NCBI GenBank assembly: GCA_039621445.1
Contig: CP154954.1
Span: 17,886,589 to 17,950,588, forward strand
DNA: 64,000 nt
Reading direction: 5' to 3'
Source of the DNA: Euglena gracilis
Taxonomy: Eukaryota
Position numbers and translations under genes: made by a program. The number at the start of each line of letters is the position of its first letter. Within the stretch, counting starts at the first letter, position 1. Below the pieces are notes generated by a model. The model ran no database searches, was not told where the DNA came from, and saw only the letters and a program-made list of their open reading frames with translations. Below, piece after piece: positions 1 through 10,491 of this stretch.

Positions 1-299
1 CGTCCATCCACCCAAATCATCAAAAACTGTGTTTTTCGACTGTTTAATTTTTGCCCCCGTTCAAGTCCCACTCTGGCCCTTGGTCGGCCCTTTGGCCGAC
101 CAAGCCGTTCGTTCAGCCTTGCTGGGTGCAGGGCGGTCCTTAAGGGACAGGAAAGCTTTTTTTCTATTTCCTTAAGGACCGCCCCCCATTCATTCATTCG
201 GTCAGGAATGAATGAATGGGGGGCGGTCCTTAAGGAAATTAAAAAAAAACTTTCCTGTCCCTTAAGGACCTCCCTGCACCCGGCAAGGCTGAACGAACG
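1..299. repeat. Partial family A MITE followed by a long inverted repeat
   Basis: 1-98 matches family A interior; 106-299 is a near-perfect palindrome. Confidence 0.8.
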
Positions 300-730
300 T
301 GGCGGCACACCCTTCTGCATTCTATAACACAACATTTGGATTCCACACATGAAGTGTGTGCTTTCAACGTCAGCAGAGGTCATTTGAAATGACAAAAACA
401 AGCTAGGAAAACTTTCACTCCTCTGCAAAGCTGCTTTTTAATAAACAAATAAACAAAGACCCCAGGCAACAGCAGAGGGACCAGAGACAAAACATGACAT
501 GGCGGCCAACTACAAAAAAATTTCCAGGGCAAAATATTTTATGCAAAAAAATGCAAAAAAATGCAAATTTCGGAAAAACCTGATTATGCAAAAAAAATGC
601 AAATTATGCAAGTTGCATATTCCCCGCCCCTGCCCAAGCTCCTTTGGGGCAGGGGTGTCACAGCACCACCCTCCCCAAAACCTGTTCCCTTGGGGTCATT
701 GGGGTCAGGTGCGGGGGAGGAGGCCCACAC

Positions 731-808
731 TTCTGCAGCACCAGCTGCTGCCCCTGCAGCTCCAGATAGAACAGGGCGCCGCTGGTGCCCGCCAGCAGCA
801 GCTGGCCC
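731..808 (-). CDS. DDB1: DDB1 exon 18 ([17 protein letters not shown]...QK)
   Basis: Matches DDB1 Q...A.G.AL.YL; probable donor AA|gtgtgg. Confidence 0.88.
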
Positions 809-3800
809 CCCAGGGCCAGGGGCTTTTTCAGGACCCGGGGGGAGGAGGGGGGGTCCGGACCCACCCACCCACCCCCTGGGGGAGGCCCCCCGGGGGGGGG
901 GGGCTGGGGGAGACCCACTTTTGGGGGTCAATTTTGGGTCTAAATAAAATTTTCGGCGAGAAGCACCAAAAAAAAAAATGCCTCCAGAGTACCCACCCAG
1001 CCCGACCCCCCACCAGGGTTTCCCACTGATTCGTACTTGGGGACTCCTTTGCCCATTCGTACTTATTCGTACTTATTCGTACTTATTCGTACCTATTCGT
1101 ACCTATTCGTACTTCAAAAAAGGGCCATGTATGGCAATGGGTGACCATTTGGTATGCTTCCTTGGGCACATCTTCAACGTTCTGAAACCGGGAAAAGCAA
1201 GGAAAACAGGTCATTCACTTGAGAAACTATCTAAGTGACGAACTCATGCTGGCGAAATTTGTGGGGAAAAAATCGCGCTGTGAAAAAAAATACAAAACAT
1301 TACAGGAAAAACACATTCCTTCTTTGCGACTGATGTTGTCCAGCATGCCATGCACGAACAAATACTCAAGATGAAAAAGCGGATTGTTCAATTGTGTGCA
1401 AAGCGTTCTTCGCAGTCACCATTGCAAAACATGCCAACGGCTGCTTGCCGAAGGTTAGATGACATGTGTTGGCGGTTTTTGACATCAATCAGTCCTGCCA
1501 ATCTGAAAGACCGTTCAGACCAGGGCAATTCAATTTTGTGAGCCACACTTTCTTCCCGCTCAAGGATTTCCTTATGCTCGCAATGTGTGTGGTATACACT
1601 CTGTCCACTGACGGTGCAAACTACTCCCCTCTTTCACACTGCCATATACAGATGTGTACTTTCGGATGAGTCCCCTGATGGATGGATGGTCTAACTTGTT
1701 GATGGGCAAACCTAAAAATCATTTTCGGAGGGAAAAGAGGACATGAGGCGTCCTGCAGCGTAAGATATGCATCACATACAGAGAAGTGTGAGGGGCCCTT
1801 CAACTCAGTGCAATGGTGTAGAAAATTGTACCTTTTTCTACTTGGCAATTCGTACTTATTCGTAACTGGGGAATTTTTCATTTGTACTTATTCGTACTTA
1901 TTCGTACTTATTCGTATTTTGGCACATCTCGGCAATTCGTACTTATTCGTACTTATTCGTACTTATTCGTGTACGAATCAGTGGGAAACCCTGCCCCCAC
2001 CCCTGGGGGCTTGGCCGGGACCCACCCACCCCCCCCCCCCGGGCCACGAAACTTAAAAAAAAATCTCTGGTACGGATCCACCCGAGGGGGGGGGGGTCAG
2101 GGGGCTCGGGGATCCACTTTTGGGGGGCCAATTTTGGGGTCCAATCTTGATCGGTGCTTCGTGCCAAAAATCAAAAAAACCTGCCTCCAGCAGAGTACCC
2201 ACATGCCCCACCCCCCTCCCCCCTCCCGGGGCAGACCCACCCACCCCCCCTCCCCAGGGTCACCAAACTGTAAAAAAAAAAATCTCTGCCCAGGGCGTTG
2301 CAGCTCGCCAGGTTGATGGTGCACCCGCTTGGGCTGCTGGCCTGGGGGTTTGCTCCGGCCCAGCGCGGGAAGTAATTGGAATGGTTGCTCCGAAACACGA
2401 ATGGGGACTCCAACTGCCAAATTATGACCATTTTTTTCGACCGTTTTCCTGGTTGGAAGTTTTTTTTGTTTTGCCTGAGGACTGCGGGACCCCGCCGGGG
2501 GGTGGCAAAATGAAGCCTGGTGCTGGGGCAGGAATACTTTTCACATTAAGGGTCACCCTGCATTTAGCCAGAGGTGTGTGGGTCCAAGCACCCCAAATAC
2601 GGGTCGGAAAAGAAAAAACGTCAGGGAATGGTTTTTTTTGATTTTCGACCCTGTTCGATGTCTGGAACGGCCGTTGCCGGCACGCCCCTAAGGCCCAAGG
2701 GCGGTCCTTGACAAAAAAAAGCATATCATCTTTTATGGACCCCCTGCTTGCACTATGGGGTGCCTGCCAGCAGCGTGCACACCCCTGCGGGGGGGGGGGG
2801 CGGATTTGGGTTCCCAGCCCCAGCCGACCCAGCCAATTTGAAAATGGCCATTTTCATGTCCCCGGCGCCGAAGGTGGGCGTACTTTAGCACTGCCCACCC
2901 CAAAACCCAATCCCCAGGCTGAAAATGCCCTTCCCCCCTGCCTGCCCATAGCACTCCCCATTCAACGTTCCATCAAATTTCACAGAAAAAATGGCGAAAA
3001 ATTCCAAATTTTTCGGCGAGAATAGGTCAACATCACAACGTTTTTTAAAAAAAAACTACATTTTCTCACCTTTTTTTGAATGTCTACCCCGTTCAAACTG
3101 AATTATAAAAACAATCCTGTCCCTTGCGGACAAAGATTTCGGAAAAATTTTCAGGAGAGGTGAAAAACTGAAATAAAAATAATAATAAAAAAATGCTCTC
3201 ACATGGGGGAAAAAAACGCTTCCAACAAACCTTGAGGTGGGCCCTAGTCAGGCAAGTCAGGCAACTGTCAGATTGTTATCTGCAAAGAAAGGGAACCCCC
3301 GGTCCCATTCTTGGACCAAGCCTTTCGTTTGGCATGAGATCAGCCGGACACCCCGAGGGGTGACCTGAGTCAGAGGCATGGGCAGGGATGGTCTGACACA
3401 TGTTCTTTGGGGGCACCTCTCAAATGAAAGATAGGCGAGCACAAAAAAATTAAATTGGAATTAAAACTTGAATTCATGGTGCGGATCAACTTAGTTTTAA
3501 AACAATGTCTTCTTCGACAAGTTGATGAGACATGAAAAGTCTTCAACTTCCACAAAACAGCCGAGTCCTTGGGGGATCCAGGTTCACATCCACCCACCAC
3601 TGCAAGGGTTACCTGAATTGTTTGTTTTCACTGGGCATCCACAAAAAATCAAATGATGGTCCTGAGGCTAAATAAGAAGGATTGCAATTCCTGACAAATA
3701 TAGTTCACCAAATGGAAAAATATGTCAATGACCCCGCCTGGTGCAGAAATTTTTTCAAGGAACTGCAGAAAAAGAAGGGGTGAGCTGACCCAAATTTGAA

Positions 3801-6800
3801 CCAAAGTCTGAGAATCCCTGCAAAGCAATTTGTTATGATGAAATCTGAAAACTTTGGTTTGCATTAGATCTGTCACTTCTTTTTTTGGGACCTTGAACTT
3901 GCACCAAACATTTTTCACCCAAATCATATCTCTTGTATTTCTTCTCCATTTATGCTTGCTTTAGTCTGCATTGAAACAACAAACAACCAAAAAATTTTCC
4001 CCATATTCAAAATTATTTCCCCAAAATTTACTCAATCTCTCCCATGAGCATGCAAACTTGACTCCTTTGTAGTTTGGCAAACAAATAATAACATAATTTA
4101 TTATATAACAATAATGATAACACATCAATTTCAGGAGGGCAGCGGGTGGAAAAAATATCATTGAAATTTTGGGGGGAAATCAAAAATAACAACAAAATCG
4201 CGTTGTTTGAACCGGGAATTTCTTCATTTCTAGCACAAATCTTCTTCTTGAAATTGGCGCACCAGGTAAGAATTTGCAAACTCCAGTTGTAACAAAAGTT
4301 TGCCACAGTAAGCCAGCGGCAACGCAGCCAAGTCACCTGCACAAAGAAATGCGCCAGACTCTTGTTTTCGGCGGAGGCGATGTTGGTGCACAGCAGGGTG
4401 GGAAGGTCCGCCGCCAAGCCACCCAGCCTGGCTTCCTGACAGGCGAATATGCAAAAGCTTGCATCACTGCCAGCATTCTTGAAGGCCAGGTTCCTTTGCC
4501 CTTCCTTGCCCTCCAACTTTTCCTTACTGCACAAAAATGCAGAAATTGAACTGATGATGTCTTCCTCGTTCCTTCCCGAGACAAGACTCAAGACATTTCT
4601 CCCCGAGATATTATTGTTTAAAAGATGGTTTATATGGTGCTCCTGTTTGAATGTCCAGCATTGCATCGTTGAGTGTGGTACATTACTGCTTTGAAGCTGT
4701 GTAAGATACCTCCTCTGGTTGAGCCCCACAGGGGGCTGCACCTCGAAATCTAACCTTTGTTGTGTTGTATCATCTCTTAGAAACTGTTGGTTCGGAGGAA
4801 CTAATTCACAATCAAAAGTCCCCTTTTGCTTGAATGGGGAAAACAAAAATATGCGAGAAAACTATTAATCTCCCTCTTACACACCCTTCCAGTGAAAGAA
4901 CAATGAAACAAAAATTTTGGGCTGGAGGGAAAATAATGTGTTTGTTTGTGAATGTCATTGATAAATGCCATTGATGATAAATGGCAAAAAACCACACACA
5001 GGGGCATTTTGAACCATTTCAGGGGTCAGGATTTGACTTGATTAACAAATCCTTGAGGATTAGCAAACGATGGTGCAGAGATCCAACACAATGACAGCCA
5101 CATTAAATACCTTGTCATACAATTGTTAACCTACAGATGATTGTTTGACATTGATAAAACCTGCAATCAATGAGAAGAGGGTCACCCTATCCACAACCCT
5201 GCCGTCAATTACTGGGCTTGAAAGCTCAGAGTCCATTGGGCTGTTGATGCCATTGGTGGGGGAGACAGGCAAAGACAGAGACCTCGATGGATTCCTCGTC
5301 CTCCATGCTGAGCACCTTGGTCTCGTTGATGAAGGAGAGCACCAGGCTTCTTTTTACCGGGGGGAGGAGGGTCCCCCCTCCCACCCAGCCTGGTGCGGGA
5401 CCCCCGGGGGGGGACCCAAAAAATCGGGCTGTTTGCGAGCATTTCCCCCAAAAAATTTCGGTGTTCGCGCGGAAACCCAAACCCTTGCCTCCGGCCCTGG
5501 ACCCCCCCACCCCCCCCCGGGGGGGGGGAGGTCTTCTGACTTAAAAACAAGCCTGGAGAGCACCAAATACTTCGCGTTCAGCACTGCCTCCCCCTCCGTC
5601 ATGCTGTCCAGGGAGGGTTCCAGCAGGGACCACATTCCTGTGCAGGAGAGTTTTGTCAACCATTTGGCAGGGAGAACTATTAGCTTTCGACCTGCTCCAC
5701 GCAAAGCTGGTGGTTTTAAGCCGGGCTGAGAGCCCAGTTGGAGGCCAGGAATTGTGATCATGATCAAGTCGCTTCCCTGACCGCTTTGGTGGTGGCACAC
5801 CAATTTGGGGGGAGGGCACTATGAACGACCCTCCCCCACCCCCCCCCCCCGCTCAGCCCTGGAAAAAATGGCTCGCTGGAAACACACTGCTGGCTGACCC
5901 CCAATCCTGGGGTCCTGCGGTGGTCCATCACTGCTGTGGGGTGCAGCACGCAACCTTCTGGCGGCCCTGGACCCCAGCAACCTCGCACTAGCAAATAACC
6001 ACGGACCGCCTTGGAAGGTCAAGGAACCCTGGAGGGACCGAGCCACCGCCGGCGGGCGCGGCACACCCTTCACCCCCGTGAGCTGCAGCGAGGCCAGCTC
6101 GTTGATGCCGATGCCGTTGCGGATGACGCGGAGGCTGCCGTCCTTGAACGCCCCGCTGCAGGTCACCACTTGCCCCTGCCGCGCATAGGCACGGGGCATG
6201 GCGTCGGGAGCAGCAGTGGGGCTAGAGAAACACTTCTCTGGTTCCGGTGTTCTTTACAGGGCGGTCCTTAAGCAAATAAAAAAAAAACTCCGCTGTCCCA
6301 GCACACTCAGTGAAAAATACACGGGAAAATGGGCAAGAAATTTTGGCATTTTTCAGCGAGAACAGGTCGACATCAGGAAAAAAAATTGATTCCTGGCACC
6401 CTTGGACCATCGTCCATCCACCCAAATCATCAAAAACTGTGTTTTTCGACTGTTTAATTTTTGCCCCCCGTTCAAGTCCCACTCTGGCCCTTGGCCGGCC
6501 CTTTGGCCGAAAGGGGGGGGGGTCCTTAAAGAAATAAAAAAAACTTTCCTGTCCCTTAAGGACCGCCCTGGTTCTTTAAGACCGGGGAGGGGGAGGGGGG
6601 TCCCCATTGGCATTATGTATTTAAGGCTTAAAAACTTTTTTGGGCAAAAAGTGCCTGATGATGCCTTAAATGCCATAAAATGTTTAAAAATTTGGGTTGG
6701 CAGAACTTTCTCGAACCGAGCAAAAATGGAAGATGCAAAATATCGGCAAAAACACAGCCCAACTCTGGGGGGGAAAAATGATTTCTGGCATCGCTGGGAC

Positions 6801-9580
6801 ATTGGTCCAACCAAAAGTCAAAAAAACGTTGGTTTGATTCCCAGGCAGCCCTTTGAACGCTGTGGAAAACAGCATCTAAAAAAGCCTCAAAAAATGCCTT
6901 AAACTGCCTCAAAATTTTGAAAACAAAATACACCTGGTCCCCCACCCACCCAACAGAGGTAGGGGGTCCAGCCAACCCATCCACTCTGCTCCTTCCTCTC
7001 CCCCCTCCCGGGGTCCGAAACTTCCGTGCGCTGCCAAATCAGGCGTTGTTTGAGTCGTTGTTGGGAGGGGGGGGGTTGTTCAGCCAGGCACCATTTGAGC
7101 CCCCCCCCCCCCGCCACATATTGCGTGGTGTGTCCAACTTTCCTGTCGCTGTTTCACTGGTTGTTTTTTTTTAGAGACTGCCTGGTTCCAGGCCCTCCCC
7201 CCGGGTGGGATTGAACGAGGGGTGACCGAAAGAGGCCCATCCAGCACTGAAGGCGCAGGAGAATTCAGGTGAAAATGGCCAAACTGGATTGATTCTTGGT
7301 CATTTTGACGCTCCTCCTAAGCATGGGGGGGGGGGGGGTGCCTGCCGAGTCGCGGGCCAAAAAATGCCCAAAAATGGGTTTTCTGGGCTTCCGGAAGTGC
7401 CTTGGCCGACTGCCCAGGCACTTTTGGTTGTGTGCCCCCCTCCTGGGGGGGAGGAAGTCGGATGCCCAGGCAGGCACCCCCTTAGTTGCACTGAGGCTTC
7501 TTGTCTGTTAATGGCCGGCGCTAACTTCGCTTCTGGCCCAGTTTGTGTGGTGAGGCAGGCACCCCCCGAGGCAGGCACCCCCCCTGGGGTGGGGTCTGCC
7601 TCACGTTAAAATTGAGCCTGGCGCCCAAAGCCAAACAGAGGCTGTCTTATTTGCAGAACCTTCGACTGAAGCTGTGCTTTCAAACAGAACCCCTTTTGGA
7701 ACTGATGGCGAACTGTCTGAATGCATCAGATGTCCTTTGATGCCCTAAAGAGCACAAACGATGCGACCAGGTGTCTTTTCGCGATCCAAAGGGGGATTCC
7801 ATATGAGGGTCAGGCTGAATTTGACCAACCCTGGAGATGGGGATCTTGGGGTGTGAGTGGGCGGGTGGGTACTTCTCCCAAGGTTTGGCCATGTGCCCTA
7901 CCCCCCCCCTAGAGGGTTGGATCTGGGTGCCGTGGAGTGCCTTCCAGGCGGGCATCCCCCACCCCCAGATTGGGGTCGGCCTTGCCCAACAATATCAGCC
8001 AGATAAGGCCAGCTTGGACAGGTCCGTCAACAACAACAATGTTTTAAAAAAAACCCACCTGACGACATTTAATGCAAAATCCACAGGTGGTTGCAAAAAT
8101 GACCGTTTTCTGGCAAAAATGGGTCGACATCAGAAAAAAGCGGTGTTTGGCGTCCTTGAGGCATCGCCCATCCATCCGAAACATCAAAGAAATGCGGTTT
8201 TCGACTTTCGACGTTCCCATCCAAGCCCCAGACCGGCCGTTGCCCTGAGGCCTGAGGGCTGTCCTCAAGGGGCGGTCCTCACTACTGATTTTTCTAAAGC
8301 GCATTAAACAACCTTGAAAAAACCCAAAGAGTTTTGGCCAGAATGCCTTACAGTGCATTGGTGCCCTCCCCCTTGACTGGATGGAGGGCAGTCCGGGACA
8401 ATGTTGAACCATGGCTGCCAGAAGTCATGTTTTTTTCCGCAATTGGCTTGTTTTTGCCGAGAATTTGCAGTTGCATTTTCGCTCGTAAAGAGGAAATCGA
8501 GCCAAAAGTTTTTTAATGCCATTTTGATCTAAATGAACCATTCTTGGCCTGGTGTGAAGCGCTGGGCCGAAGATTCCCCAGCATCAACCCAAAATGCATT
8601 GATAGGCTCTTTTGGGCAAAAAAAAAAGCCGAAATTGCCAAAAAAAAAAATTCAATGCAAAGTGTCGGAAAGAAAATTTTTGACCCATTTGGGGGATCTC
8701 GGGTGCCCCCCCAAATTAACCGAGGGCACCCACCGTTGGTCTGAAGCAACCTTTGGTGGGGGGGTTTCCAGACTCTCCCTGTGGTCAAAAGGGAACGGCA
8801 CCATCGTTGGGTACGCCCTCCTCAAATTGAACCCCAGTGCAGGCTGCTGCCAAGCATCTATAGCCAAGCCCAAAAAAATCCCAATTTTAGGCCATTTTAG
8901 CCATTTTATGCCGTTTCAGGCCATTTTAGGCCATTTAAGGCCATTTTAAGGTATAGGTGGGGGTTCTGAAAATCATAATTTTGTGTCATTTTTGTCCCAA
9001 AAACTGTATCATAATGTATGCAAACCTTCTCTTATTCAGGAAGAAGAAATGCACATCTAAAAAAGCATGCAAAATTCATAAACACTGGATCAAAACCATG
9101 GGAAGCTCAACAAATCTTAATTCATACCCACAGAGGAATTCTGAACAAAGAATTTATCAGTTTACGGCAAAAAAAAAAGTTTTTCTGAAAACATTTTCAG
9201 AAAAAAATGTTGGACAAATGTTAAATCTTTTATTTGCACCACCAAAGAAGCGCCGGTCTTTTTTGCATTTTGTAAAATCATTTTGCGGGATATCGTAAAA
9301 GCAATCTTTTTCTTGAAAGATGATGCTTTTGCCTGGTGAAATTCAATTTGATTTTGGCAGTGTTTCAGCCATTTGGGTCTTTTTTTTTTGGCATGAGAGA
9401 GGATGGCAGAGATCAAAGGGCAAAGCTGAGAGCAATTCCTCTTCTCCGTGTTTCCCCCTTGGGGGAAACTTAATACTAAAAAGAAAACCCTCTGAACACG
9501 TTCATAAATATGAGAGAGCCACATTCATAATTGTTTGTGGTTATTTGGGTCATTTGATCATTATCATTATCATTATCACT

Positions 9581-9615
<35 letters not shown>

Positions 9616-9781
9616 TCTTCATATTATTAGTATTAATATTGTATTAGTATTAGTATTAGTATTAATATTAGTATTAGTATTAGTATTAGTATTAGTATTA
9701 GTATTAGTATTAATATCAGTATCAGTATCAGTATTAGTATTAGTATTAGTATTAGTATTAGTATCAGTATGAATAATAATA

Positions 9782-9832
<51 letters not shown>

Positions 9833-10407
9833 ATCATTATCATTATTTATCATTACTATGCTGATACTATTATTAGTTGGGATGCAAAAATGGGCCTTGT
9901 GGGGCTGTGCTCCTCCACCAAATCCACCGTTCGCCGTCCACATTAACAAAACACACCGAAAATCATTACCTGAATGGCTTCAGTTGTTCACAAAAAAAAT
10001 TGTTGTGCAACAGAATTTTACCATTTTAGGCCATTTTAGGCCATTTCAGGCCATTTTAGGCCATTTTAGGCCATTTTAGGCTATTTTAGGGACCCCCACC
10101 TATAGGGGGTCAAAAAGGCATTTTAGGCCATTTTAGGCCATTTTAGGCCATTTTAGGCCATTTTAGTGGCTGCCGCCCCCATCGGAAATAGCAGAGGGCC
10201 CACAGGAAGAAATTTGTTTCAGAATAGGCATTTTCTGGCATTCGCCTCGGGAGGGAGTCTGGACCGATCCAGATCTGGATACCCTAAATCTAGGTCTGGA
10301 TCAGGGTTTAGAGGGTTAGATATGATTGGTTAAAAAATGAGCCAGCAAACCAATTACATGTGTGTGTGTGTGTGTTTGCGTGCGTGTGTGTGCGCGTGCG
10401 TGCGCGC

Positions 10408-10491
<84 letters not shown>

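Noticed and set aside
4028-4846. 272-aa ORF as a standalone gene
   Set aside because: Only 4337-4435 is DDB1-like and splice-bounded; the rest is open intron.
7482-7552. Family C as a Helitron or sequencing adapter
   Set aside because: CTAA end and hairpin are Helitron-like, but long TSDs are not; copies are diverged, unlike an adapter.
9320-9949. Poly-Ile, poly-His and TN-repeat ORFs
   Set aside because: Microsatellite translations.
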